Below, in pieces: positions 1 through 8,879 of a stretch of DNA of 64,000 nucleotides. The first letter of the stretch is position 1. The number at the start of each line of letters is the position of its first letter. Source of the DNA: Candidatus Aldehydirespiratoraceae bacterium. Its GTDB lineage: Bacteria; Actinomycetota; Acidimicrobiia; Acidimicrobiales; Aldehydirespiratoraceae. Under the pieces are notes generated by a model that worked only from the letters and a program-made list of their open reading frames with translations, was not told where the DNA came from and did not search any database. The position numbers were made by a program, and so were the translations under genes. Location of the stretch: positions 214,029-278,028 of the forward strand of contig OZ244902.1 of assembly GCA_965221635.1 (NCBI GenBank). The letters are read 5' to 3'.

Positions 1-315
1 TTGCCGAACGTGCGCAAGGCTGTCGGGGATGCGCACGGCCACGACTTGTTCCACTGTGTCACCTGTCTCGGCGAGCGTCTCGCCAAGGCGCTCCTCGGCG
101 TCTTCCTCCACGCCGTGAGCGGGCAGGAATTCGGTTTCGAGCAGCACCGAGGCCCCTCCGGGCATGTTCACGACGATGTCGGGAGCCTTTGCGTTCTTGT
201 CGGCGAGCACGCGGGTGGATTCGGCTTCAACCACCCAGCGCGGGTGCTTGGTGTGCAGCAGCGCCGCGAGGCGGTCGTTGAGGGTCTTCTCGCCGGTGCG
301 TGCCTGTCGGGCCAT
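1..315 (-). CDS. hypothetical protein, first 105 codons (gene runs off the left edge; absent from the supplied ORF track)
   Basis: My own minus-strand translation from the ATG at 315..313 gives MARQARTGEKTLNDRLAALLHTKHPRWVVEAESTRVLADKNAKAPDIVVNMPGGASVLLETEF... The frame is open to position 1 and has GC-rich third positions. The listed + ORF 1..420 looks like its antisense shadow. Confidence 0.5.
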   Translation of the reverse strand, partial: MARQARTGEKTLNDRLAALLHTKHPRWVVEAESTRVLADKNAKAPDIVVNMPGGASVLLETEFLPAHGVEEDAEERLGETLAETGDTVEQVVAVRIPDSLAHVRQ

Positions 316-514
316 TGTCAGCGCTCCTCCGGCTTTGTCAAATCTGCAAACGCCCAACACCGGCCACGCGAACCGGGAGCGGCGCTTCTGGGATCATGTT
401 TGCCTGTATCAGGAAGATAGCAGGATGGTGTGACACAGACTTTCATAGCACAGTGCGTAGATCCGGTTTATCTCGCGCCTGGAACGATGGGGACTTGGGT
501 CGGCGTGCGGGTGC

Positions 515-2032
515 TCAGTTGTTGGGGGAGATTGTGGCTCTCAGGTTGTAGTCGGTTATCAGATCTTGGAGGTCTTGGGGTTTGGCTTGCTCGGGCAGCG
601 CATCGAAGGTGGCCAGATCCTCACGGGCGCCTCGTAGATCGGTGGCTCCGGTCTCGGCGCCGGTGGTTGGGAGGCTGCGGCTGAAGGCTCGGTACACGAG
701 GGCTTGGGGATGCTGGGGGTTTATCGCCAGCGCGTCGTCGAAGTAGCTGATGGCACGGGCGACGAGTTCGGGGTCGCCGGTTCGGGCGATCAGCCATCCT
801 CTTGCGGCGAGCACGTCGGGATTGTCGGGAAGGTCGACCAGCACCCAGTCCAGCGCCTGCACCGCTGCGAGCAGCTCACCTCGCGCGGCCATGGCCTCAG
901 AGGCTTCCACAGCATCCGCGACGTTGAGCCCGGACTCGGCGAAGGAGCCCCGGTCGGGGTTCTGCCACACCTCCAGGAAGCTGCGCTCGGCTTCACTTGG
1001 CGCCGTGGGCTCAACCCCGGAGTCACCCGCGGCCAGGGCCAGCCCCTCGGCTATTCGCTCGCGCAGGCCGGACTGGGCTATGAGCGTCTCCGCGAACGCG
1101 GGTGGATCGAGAGCGTCGAAGGCCGCCAGCTCGGCCGCTGCGCGAGCAGGGTCGTCATTCTCAATCGAGATGATCGCCTTGAACAGGCGGGCGTCGGCGT
1201 AGTTCGGATCGATCGCAATGGCGTCGTCGATGAACCCCACGGCGGCTTCACTGTCGGGGTCACCGCCGCGGCGCGACGCGAGCCAGCCGCGATAGGTGAG
1301 CGCCTCCACGTTGGATGGTTGCAACTCGAGCGCCTCGTCGTACAAGGCGATGGCCTCGTCGATGTCGCCACCGGAGAGCGCGCCCTGCGCGTCGAAGATC
1401 AGCTGCCGGGTGGTGGCGCGAATGTCCCCGGTCACGGACTCGCCGGCGCCACGGCTGCCCGAGAACCGCGCCACACCCACCCCCGCCAAGGCGGCCACGA
1501 CGGTGATGCCAACCGTCCACACCAGCACCCCACGCCAGCGCCCGCGTCGTCGCCCCGGCACGGCCGAGCCCGCAGATGACCTGCCGGCAGCCACCGCGGG
1601 CCCTTCGCCGGAGGCTCGGGCGGGTCGCAGCATCACCACCAGCACCGCGCCAATTCCCGCCACCGCCACCACCGGCAGCACCCACACGAGGCTGGTGATC
1701 CCGGTGGCGGAAGGTGTGTAGTCGATGTCGGCGTCGTAAGCGGCCACGAGCTGATCACGGATGTAGAGGTCGTCGCGGCCCTCGTCCACCCACACCGCGA
1801 TCTGACGGCGGATCTCGCGGGCCACCGGAACGTCGCTTTCGGCCACGGACTGTCCCGCGCACACCGGGCAGGCGTAGTTCTGCGCCAGGGCGCGGGCCCG
1901 ATCGGCGTTGGTGCGGGGCGGGCCCTCATCGAACGCGCCGTAGGTGAACGCAACCGCCGCAACCCCCAACGCCAAAACCCAACCAGCGGAACGCCCACCA
2001 AGCCGGGCCCGCCACCCGACGCGCCGGCTCAC
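515..2032 (-). CDS. ccmH: cytochrome c-type biogenesis protein CcmH fused to a TPR (CcmI-like) C-terminal half
   Basis: CXXC motif YACPVCAGQS, followed by a TM segment and a long TPR-like region. The GTG at 2032 overlaps the ccmG stop (GTGA), so the track start at 2107 is judged too far upstream. Confidence 0.8.
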   Translation of the reverse strand: MSRRVGWRARLGGRSAGWVLALGVAAVAFTYGAFDEGPPRTNADRARALAQNYACPVCAGQSVAESDVPVAREIRRQIAVWVDEGRDDLYIRDQLVAAYDADIDYTPSATGITSLVWVLPVVAVAGIGAVLVVMLRPARASGEGPAVAAGRSSAGSAVPGRRRGRWRGVLVWTVGITVVAALAGVGVARFSGSRGAGESVTGDIRATTRQLIFDAQGALSGGDIDEAIALYDEALELQPSNVEALTYRGWLASRRGGDPDSEAAVGFIDDAIAIDPNYADARLFKAIISIENDDPARAAAELAAFDALDPPAFAETLIAQSGLRERIAEGLALAAGDSGVEPTAPSEAERSFLEVWQNPDRGSFAESGLNVADAVEASEAMAARGELLAAVQALDWVLVDLPDNPDVLAARGWLIARTGDPELVARAISYFDDALAINPQHPQALVYRAFSRSLPTTGAETGATDLRGAREDLATFDALPEQAKPQDLQDLITDYNLRATISPNN

Positions 2033-2706
2033 CGGGCCCCGCCTGCGGACACTTCGGCGATCACGTCGTCCATGCCGTTTGCGGTGACACCTCCGAGGTG
2101 CTTCCACACCACCACCCCCGAGGGCGCCACCATGTAGGACTCCGGCACCCCGGTGACGCCGTAGGACACGGCCACCCTGCCTGAGCCCTCGGCCAGCACC
2201 GGCCAGTCGCCGCCGTTGGCCTCGAAGAACTCCTCCACGTTGGCGGGGCTGTCGTCGAACACCACCGAAACGATCCTGGCGTCATCGGCTGCCCGGTGGC
2301 GCTGGTCGAACTCCACAAGTTCGGGATGTTCGATGATGCACGGCACGCAAGTGGTGGAAAAGAAGTTCACCACCACCCAGCGGCCCCTCCAGTCGTCAAG
2401 ATCAAAGGGCTCACCGTCGGTTGTTGTTCCCACGATCGCCGGTGCCAACTCCCCCAGGATCGCGCTGGATGCCCTGCGTTGGAGGCCCGAGTCTCGGGTG
2501 GCGAGCAGCACCATCAACATCACCGCCAGCACCGCCACCGGCAACACAACCCACCGCAAGGATCCCGCGCTCCGCGACCTTCTTTGGGGCGACCTTCCCT
2601 GGGGCGACCTTCCCTGGGGCGAGCTTGCCCGGGGTGACCCTTCCCGGGGCGACCTTTCCTGGGGCGTCTCCGGTTGGGACTGCAGGGCGCCCTGGTCGTC
2701 GGTCAT
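2029..2706 (-). CDS. ccmG: thiol:disulfide interchange protein CcmG/DsbE (TlpA/ResA-like thioredoxin)
   Basis: Thioredoxin-fold motif VVVNFFSTTCVPCIIEHPEL, an N-terminal TM anchor, and an ATGA overlap with the ccmF stop. Confidence 0.85.
   Translation of the reverse strand: MTDDQGALQSQPETPQERSPREGSPRASSPQGRSPQGRSPQRRSRSAGSLRWVVLPVAVLAVMLMVLLATRDSGLQRRASSAILGELAPAIVGTTTDGEPFDLDDWRGRWVVVNFFSTTCVPCIIEHPELVEFDQRHRAADDARIVSVVFDDSPANVEEFFEANGGDWPVLAEGSGRVAVSYGVTGVPESYMVAPSGVVVWKHLGGVTANGMDDVIAEVSAGGAR
2584..2673 (-). repeat. degenerate 15-bp in-frame tandem repeat (about 6 units) inside the ccmG 5' region
   Basis: Plus strand reads ttggggcgaccttcc / ctggggcgaccttcc / ctggggcgagcttgc / ccggggtgacccttc / ccggggcgacctttc. 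It encodes the pentapeptide repeats SPREG-SPRAS-SPQGR-SPQGR-SPQRR. Confidence 0.7.
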
Positions 2707-4811
2707 GGCGCCACCACCGACGCCCGCGGGGAGCCACGCTCCTCGGCGAGACCGTCTACCCGCTCAGCGCCTCCGCGCGAGGGCCGTTTGAAGTTTCTTC
2801 GCCTTGGGGGCACCAGCGACAGCAGCGTGCCTAGCGCCATCACCAGCCCCCCGAGCCACAGCCACGCCACCATTGGCTGCACCGTCACCCTCAACACCAC
2901 CCTGTCCTCGGGCCCCGAAGCAGCGAAAGCCCCGTCGGTGCCATCGAACGCACCGGCCGGTGACGTTCCCGAATCTGACGACTCGGGGAACGACACCACC
3001 GACAACGCCACGTCGTCACGAAGAGTGGAACGCACCGAGGGAATGCCGATCGTTTGCGACGCGAACGGGTACACCGCCACCGCGGGGGCGTAGGTCTTGG
3101 TGTCGTCGATGCGAACCAGCGCCTCACGTTCGAGCCGGTTGGGGTGCTCCACCAGGCGCGAACCCTCATAGGTGATCTGGTGCCCCGCGAAGGACGCTGT
3201 CTGCTGGGGCACCATCGAGAACTCGGCCTGGCGCACGTAGGAACCGCTCGCGGCGAGCGCCACGCCCACCATCACCACCCCGATGTGGGTGATCATGCCG
3301 CCACCGGAAGACCCAACCAGCGCGCGCACTCCTTTGCGACGCACCCCCAACGCCAGGTGGCGCAGCGCCGTGCCCCCCGCGAATCCGCCCAAACCGAAAG
3401 CCAGCAGCGGCGCCCATCCCCGAGCCCCGGCCACCACAACGGCGAACACCAACACCAGAGCCGCCACCCAGGCCGGGCCCAGCAGCCTGCGGCTGAGCAG
3501 TCCCCCAACGCCACGCCGCGACCGGTCGTGGCCCTCGGCGTGGGTCGACCGGTACCCCCAGGGCAGCACCGGCGCCACCGCCATCAGAAACAGCAGCGCC
3601 AGCCCCACCGGTCGGGTCATCTGCTCGAAGTAGGGGGCGCCCACCGAAACGGTGCGACCGTCGACGGCTTCCACGATCAGAGGGAAGATCGTTCCGAGCA
3701 GCACGATGAAAGCGAACGCGGCGAACAGGGCGTTGTTGGCCAAGAACGCCGCCTCTCGCGACGCCGGGGATCCGATTCGGCCATCCGGGGATCGCAGCAG
3801 CCCGCCGCGCCAACCGATCAACGCCAGCGAGGCGATCACGATCACCCCGAAGAACGCCAGGATCGTGGGCCCGATGCCGGACTCGGTGAAGGCGTGTACC
3901 GAGGCGAGCACCCCCGAACGGGTGAGGAACGTACCCAGGATGGTGAGTGAGAACGTGGCGATGATCAGCGACAGGTTCCACACTCGCAACAGTCCGCGCC
4001 GTTGCTGCACCATCACCGAGTGCAGGTACGCGGTGCCGGTGATCCACGGCAACAGCGAGGCGTTCTCCACGGGATCCCAACCCCAGTATCCGCCCCATCC
4101 GAGCGTTTCGTAGCTCCACCACGCCCCCAGCACGATCCCCAAGGTGAGAAACCCCCACGCCGCCACGCTCCAACGCCGGGTGACGGTGAGCCAGTCCTCG
4201 CCGAGGCGCCCGGTTGCCAGCGCCGCGATGGCGAACGCGAACGGCACCGTGAACCCAACGTAACCCAAGTACAGGATCGGCGGGTGGAACGCCATCAGGA
4301 TGTGGTTCTGCAACAGCGGGTTGGGGCCCGGCCCGTCGTATCCGGGCGGGGGATCCACCGACACGAACGGAGCGGCCGGGCCCACCATCAACGCAAAAAA
4401 GAAGGCGCACACCACGAACATCACCAGCAGCGCCCACGCCAGGAACGGATCATCGAACCGGTGGCGGAACCGAACCACCACCGACACCACGTAACCGCAC
4501 AACACCAACACCCACAACAAGATCGAGCCTTCCAGCGCGGCCCACATGGTGGCCACGTTGAACACCGGCGGAGTGGTTGACGAACCGTTCTCGGCCACGA
4601 ACTTCACGGTGAAGTCCCGGGTGATAAGCGCTCGCTCCATCACCACCACCGCAGCAACCGCGGCGGCGGCCATCACCACCACCAGCGTGCGGGTGCTGCG
4701 ACCCCAGCCGGGGTGACGGCCGGCCAACCCCAGCGCGGTGACCGCCACACCCGCAAGGGCCGCCGCCAGGCCCACGGCCACGAACATGCTGCCCGCGACG
4801 ACGTTGCTCAC
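2703..4811 (-). CDS. ccmF: cytochrome c heme lyase subunit CcmF
   Basis: 702-aa polytopic membrane protein with the WWD-type motif WGGYWGWDPVENASLLPW. Confidence 0.9.
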   Translation of the reverse strand: MSNVVAGSMFVAVGLAAALAGVAVTALGLAGRHPGWGRSTRTLVVVMAAAAVAAVVVMERALITRDFTVKFVAENGSSTTPPVFNVATMWAALEGSILLWVLVLCGYVVSVVVRFRHRFDDPFLAWALLVMFVVCAFFFALMVGPAAPFVSVDPPPGYDGPGPNPLLQNHILMAFHPPILYLGYVGFTVPFAFAIAALATGRLGEDWLTVTRRWSVAAWGFLTLGIVLGAWWSYETLGWGGYWGWDPVENASLLPWITGTAYLHSVMVQQRRGLLRVWNLSLIIATFSLTILGTFLTRSGVLASVHAFTESGIGPTILAFFGVIVIASLALIGWRGGLLRSPDGRIGSPASREAAFLANNALFAAFAFIVLLGTIFPLIVEAVDGRTVSVGAPYFEQMTRPVGLALLFLMAVAPVLPWGYRSTHAEGHDRSRRGVGGLLSRRLLGPAWVAALVLVFAVVVAGARGWAPLLAFGLGGFAGGTALRHLALGVRRKGVRALVGSSGGGMITHIGVVMVGVALAASGSYVRQAEFSMVPQQTASFAGHQITYEGSRLVEHPNRLEREALVRIDDTKTYAPAVAVYPFASQTIGIPSVRSTLRDDVALSVVSFPESSDSGTSPAGAFDGTDGAFAASGPEDRVVLRVTVQPMVAWLWLGGLVMALGTLLSLVPPRRRNFKRPSRGGAERVDGLAEERGSPRASVVAP

Positions 4812-4917
4812 GGCCCGTCACCGTCCACGGCTCGAACGGCGCCTCTCCCCGCCTTCGCCCCGGCCCGTCGCTTCGGCCCGTCGCTTTGGCCTGGTGTCGC
4901 CGCGGTGGCGCGACGGT

Positions 4918-5466
4918 TCACGATTCCTGGGGCGTCTGGTCGGCCTCGGCTACGCGCTTGTCGTAGTCGTCGCGTTTGCGGTAGTCGTTGTCGTGCTTTA
5001 CCAGCATCCTGTCCGACGCAAAATGCCACGCCTCGCCTGAGGATCCGTCACCCACCGGGGCCACACCCCTGGTCCAGGCGCCTTCCAGCACCACCGGCAC
5101 GCCCGGCTGGAACAGCTCGGGAGGGTCGCCGATGTGTACAACGTCGATCACCTCGGCGTTGAAACCGATCGAGAATCCAATGGCGGGCCGGTCACCGGCG
5201 AAACCGTCGGCGGGCTCTTCGAGGGGCGTGCCCTGCACCCGAAATCGTTGCGACCCGAGCTCGTCTCGTCGTTGCACCGCCTCATCGGCGTTGTAAAAGA
5301 ACAGCGCCGAATCCCCAAGCAGGTTCGCGGTGAGCATCACCACCGCAACCGCAACGGCCGCCGCGGCCACCCCCGCGGCGATTCGCCTGAAACGGCGCCT
5401 CGTGCCCGTGGCAGGGGCCGGTCGGGGCGTCAGCGGCGCCAGCTCCGCGGATTCGTTCGCAGCCAC
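4918..5466 (-). CDS. ccmE: heme chaperone CcmE
   Basis: N-terminal anchor, an OB-fold-like body, and the C-terminal heme-binding motif LVKHDNDY (the HxxxY region). Confidence 0.85.
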   Translation of the reverse strand: MAANESAELAPLTPRPAPATGTRRRFRRIAAGVAAAAVAVAVVMLTANLLGDSALFFYNADEAVQRRDELGSQRFRVQGTPLEEPADGFAGDRPAIGFSIGFNAEVIDVVHIGDPPELFQPGVPVVLEGAWTRGVAPVGDGSSGEAWHFASDRMLVKHDNDYRKRDDYDKRVAEADQTPQES

Positions 5467-5472
5467 GGTGAT

Positions 5473-5706
5473 CTAGGCCTCGGTCGGGGACGGTTCGGAT
5501 CCGGGCGCTGGTCGCGCCGAACCGTCGGTTCCGTCGGCCTCGCCGGTTCCGTCGGCTTGGGAGGTGGGTGTTGTCATCCAGCGTCGGCGTTGCGGGTTCA
5601 CCCGGCCCGACAGGCGCCGACCGCGCCGCAGCAACGCCAACGCGTACACCACCACCGCGCCAAGCACCACCGCCCACGCGGCTGCCACGTAACCCAGGGC
5701 GGTCAC
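5473..5706 (-). CDS. ccmD: heme exporter protein CcmD (small single-TM protein)
   Basis: 77 aa with one TM helix followed by an Arg-rich stretch (ALALLRRGRRLSGR). It sits between ccmC and ccmE. Confidence 0.6.
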   Translation of the reverse strand: MTALGYVAAAWAVVLGAVVVYALALLRRGRRLSGRVNPQRRRWMTTPTSQADGTGEADGTDGSARPAPGSEPSPTEA

Positions 5707-5722
5707 GGCGCCGGTGTGCCTT

Positions 5723-6454
5723 TCATTGAAGAGCGGCCTCTTGGCGGCGGAGCGCCAACGCGTCGGCGATTTCCTGTGAGCGGATCTCGCGTTGGAGCCA
5801 CCCCAGGCGGAAACGATGGATGATCAGCCAGATCAGCGCCATGGCGCCCACCACGATCCCGAGGAACACGGTGAACAAGGTGAGGTCTTCGAGTTTGCCG
5901 TCGGTTAGTGACGACTGCTGGTGCAGGGTGCGGTTGGCCCACCAGTTCACCGACTGGTTCACGATCGGCAGGTTCACCGCGCCGATCAGGCCCACGACCG
6001 CCGCCCTTGTGGCCGACGACTCGGGGGCGGCGCCGGTTGCCCGCACAGCCAGGTAGCCCACCATTATCAGGAACAGGATCAGCGTGGTCACCAGGCGCAC
6101 GTCACCCCAGTCCCAGTACACGCCCCAGGTGGGCCTCCCCCACAGCATTCCGGTAACCAGGGTGAGCCCGCACAGGATCAAGCCAACCTCGGCGCCGGCA
6201 TAGGCCACGGTGTCCCACCACACCGAACGTTTCCACAGCCACCCCACCGAACCCACCGCGGTGAGCACGAACGCAACGTAGGTGTTGATCGCCACCGGCA
6301 CGTGTACGTAGATGATCCGCACCGCGTCGCCTTGAACGTCGTCGGGTTCGGTCACGAACAGTCCCAGCAACGCCACCACCACGAACCCCGCGGCGGTGGC
6401 ATAACCCAACCAGAACGTGGTTCTTGAGCCGGTGTGGGCGGGGGCGGCGTTCAC
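5723..6454 (-). CDS. ccmC: heme exporter protein CcmC
   Basis: WWD motif WGRPTWGVYWDWGDVRL. The GTG at 6454 overlaps the ccmB stop (GTGA), so the track start at 6535 is probably an over-extension. Confidence 0.85.
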   Translation of the reverse strand: MNAAPAHTGSRTTFWLGYATAAGFVVVALLGLFVTEPDDVQGDAVRIIYVHVPVAINTYVAFVLTAVGSVGWLWKRSVWWDTVAYAGAEVGLILCGLTLVTGMLWGRPTWGVYWDWGDVRLVTTLILFLIMVGYLAVRATGAAPESSATRAAVVGLIGAVNLPIVNQSVNWWANRTLHQQSSLTDGKLEDLTLFTVFLGIVVGAMALIWLIIHRFRLGWLQREIRSQEIADALALRRQEAALQ

Positions 6455-7140
6455 GAGTCCTCCAGCAGAGCGCCGTAGCAGACCGCTCCGAGCGTGGCGT
6501 TCACCGCGGCGAACCCGGCGAGCAAACCCACCCACGCCCAGCCGTTCACCGCGACCACGCCGAGCGCGTCGTCGAAGGCCCTGGTGGCCGCGATCAGCAC
6601 CGGTGCGGCCACCGGCAGCAGCAGTATCGACAGCACCGACGTGTTGGATCTGGTTCCGGCAACCACAGCACCAAGCAAGCTACCGGCGCAGGCAAGGCCC
6701 ACAGATGCGGCCACGGCGGCGACGAGCAGCATCAGCGGTGACTGCACCGAAGCCTCGTAAAGCACCACTACACCAACCACCAGCGCCACTTCCACCACCA
6801 GCAACTGCACGGTCACCGCGGCGGCTTTTCCGGCGAACGCGGCGGCGGGGCTCATGCCGCTGAGCAGCAGCATCCGCCCGGCGGAGTCGGTCGCTTCGAC
6901 GGAGGTGGAGCGCTGCACGGCCACGACGGTCACGAACAGCGCGGCCATCCAGAACAGCCCCGGCGTGGCCAGCTTCAGCGCGGGTCGGTTGGCGTTGAGA
7001 GCGAACCCGAACAGCACCAGCACCAACAACGCGAAAGGCAGCACCTGCCCCAGCGCGGCTCGGGCGCGCCATTCGATGCGCAGGTCTTTGCCGGCCACCG
7101 CGGCGGCGTCGCCTGTGGCGGCGCGCACCTCAGTCCACAT
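6451..7140 (-). CDS. ccmB: heme exporter permease CcmB
   Basis: Polytopic membrane protein following ccmA. The ATG at 7140 gives about 229 aa. The longer track ORF (to 7218) would overlap ccmA by 89 nt. Confidence 0.75.
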   Translation of the reverse strand: MWTEVRAATGDAAAVAGKDLRIEWRARAALGQVLPFALLVLVLFGFALNANRPALKLATPGLFWMAALFVTVVAVQRSTSVEATDSAGRMLLLSGMSPAAAFAGKAAAVTVQLLVVEVALVVGVVVLYEASVQSPLMLLVAAVAASVGLACAGSLLGAVVAGTRSNTSVLSILLLPVAAPVLIAATRAFDDALGVVAVNGWAWVGLLAGFAAVNATLGAVCYGALLEDS

Positions 7141-7807
7141 CGGACGACATCGCCACGTCGTTGGTGACTGTTCCCGCGGTGAGGGTGACCGTTCGTGTGG
7201 CCACCGTTGATGCCTCACCGGGTTCGTGTGAGGCCATGATCACCGTGGCCCCGGCCGCGGCGGCGTCGCTGACGAGTTCGTCCACCATCCGGCGGCCCTG
7301 CCGGTCGAGGCTTGCGTGGGGCTCGTCGAGCAGCCACAGCTCGGGGCGACGAACGGCCACCGCTGCCAGTCCGACGCGCCGCCGCTGACCCGCGGACAGG
7401 CCAGACACGGCCACCGACGCAAGCCGGTGGGTGATGCCGACACGTTCCAGCGTTGCGGGCACCGTGGCCTGGTCCACTCTGGACATGCGTGCCCACAGGT
7501 TGAGGTTCTCGGCAACGGTGAGGTCGTCGTAGAGCGCGGTTTGGTGGCCGAGAAGGCCCACCCGGCGTCTCAGGGCGGCGCGGTGGTGATTTGGCGCGCC
7601 CGGCCCGAGGTCACAGCCGAGCACCACGGCCGCGCCCGAGGTGAGGCGCTGCAACCCGGCGCAAAGGTGCAACAACGTGGATTTGCCCGCGCCGTTGGGG
7701 CCTTGCAGATGCACGACCTCGCCGCGGTTCACGGTGAGGTGCACCGACGCCAGCGCAGGAAAGTGTCCCAGCAACGCCACCGCGGCGCGAAGCGACACAA
7801 CCCGCAC
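7130..7807 (-). CDS. ccmA: heme ABC exporter ATP-binding protein CcmA
   Basis: Walker A GPNGAGKST, signature LSAGQRRR, and Walker B LWLLDEP. Confidence 0.85.
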   Translation of the reverse strand: MRVVSLRAAVALLGHFPALASVHLTVNRGEVVHLQGPNGAGKSTLLHLCAGLQRLTSGAAVVLGCDLGPGAPNHHRAALRRRVGLLGHQTALYDDLTVAENLNLWARMSRVDQATVPATLERVGITHRLASVAVSGLSAGQRRRVGLAAVAVRRPELWLLDEPHASLDRQGRRMVDELVSDAAAAGATVIMASHEPGEASTVATRTVTLTAGTVTNDVAMSSDVD

Positions 7808-7848
7808 GAGCCGACGCTACCGGCGCCCCCTCGCGACGCTCGGGCGAC

Positions 7849-7990
7849 CGATTGAACGTTTCGTGGCCGACCGGTAGGAGGTGAGACAACCAGCCACATG
7901 ATGAGGCGACCGGTTGGGCGGTCAGGCGACCGTTTGGACGACGAGCTGACGGGTTGGCAGCGAGGCAACCACTTGGACGGTCAGGCGACG
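7849..7990. repeat. degenerate tandem array of about 20 bp (about 7 units) filling the SDR-stop to ccmA-start spacer
   Basis: Units include cggttgggcggtcaggcgac / cgtttggacgacgagctgac / gggttggcagcgaggcaacc / acttggacggtcaggcgacg, plus weaker units upstream. The last unit contains the SDR stop codon. Confidence 0.7.
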
Positions 7991-8772
7991 GGGTACAGGT
8001 CTCCCGCGTTCACCAGCAGCGACTGACCGGTGATCATCCGGGCTCGTTGCGACGCGAAGAACACCGCGGCCTCGGCCACGTCGGAGTCTGTGGGCATCTC
8101 CCGCAACGCCATCGTGTCGGCGATCTCCTGTTTGATGTCCAACGCATCCACGCCACGCTGCGAGGCCTGCCACCGGCAGTACAGCTCAACGTTGGGCCCC
8201 CACATCCAGGTGGGGATCACCGTGTTCACCCGAATGCCCGACGGGCCAAGCTCGACGGAGAGATCTCGGGCCAGCGACAGAAGCGCCGCCTTGGCAGCAC
8301 CGTAAGCGCTTTGGGGCACCGCCGCCACGGGTCGCATCGACGCCTGCGAACCGATCAGCACCACCGACCCGCCACCGGCGTCCTGCATGTGCGGCGCCAC
8401 GGCGCGAACCACGTGTACCGCGCCGAGCACGTTGATGTTGAGGTTGTCGGACCAGTCCTTGTCGCTGAGTTGATCAAAGGTGCCGTGGCGAGAGTCGAGC
8501 GCGGCCACGTTGATCACCGCGTTCAGCGCGCCAAACCGAAGCACCGCCGCGGCGGCCACTTCATCACAGGACGCCTGGTCGGTGATGTCACCCGGCACCG
8601 CCAGCATCCGGTCCCCGCCTGGGTCTATCTCGGCGGCAATGGAGCCGAGACGCTCGGCGTTGCGGGCCATGGCCACCACGTTGGCGCCGTCACGGTGCGC
8701 CAGCCGGGCACAGCTGCGCCCCAGGCCGGGCCCCACGCCCACCACCAGCACCGTCTGGTTCTCAAGGATCAT
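7981..8772 (-). CDS. SDR family short-chain dehydrogenase/reductase
   Basis: Rossmann motif VLVVGVGPGLGRS and catalytic motif YGAAKAAL. Confidence 0.85.
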   Translation of the reverse strand: MILENQTVLVVGVGPGLGRSCARLAHRDGANVVAMARNAERLGSIAAEIDPGGDRMLAVPGDITDQASCDEVAAAAVLRFGALNAVINVAALDSRHGTFDQLSDKDWSDNLNINVLGAVHVVRAVAPHMQDAGGGSVVLIGSQASMRPVAAVPQSAYGAAKAALLSLARDLSVELGPSGIRVNTVIPTWMWGPNVELYCRWQASQRGVDALDIKQEIADTMALREMPTDSDVAEAAVFFASQRARMITGQSLLVNAGDLYPVA

Positions 8773-8785
8773 TGTGTTGTCTCCC

Positions 8786-8879
8786 GTTGGTTGCGATCTG
8801 TTGGACGGTCACGAGACCAAGGCTCAGGCGGCTGCCGGCGTGACCGGTGCCGGTGGTTGCGATCGGTTGGACGGTCACG
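8786..8879. repeat. two copies of a 27-28 nt element (GTTGGTTGCGATCnGTTGGACGGTCACG) about 66 bp apart
   Basis: Copies at 8786-8813 and 8852-8879. The second contains the hydrolase stop codon. Both share the TTGGACGGTCA core with the 7849-7990 array. Confidence 0.7.

Noticed and set aside
7849-8879. CRISPR array, as an explanation for the 20-bp and 27-bp repeats around the SDR gene.
   Set aside because: The units are directly abutting or separated by a single non-repeated stretch. There are no unique spacers of regular length, the repeats are short and degenerate, and no cas genes are present.
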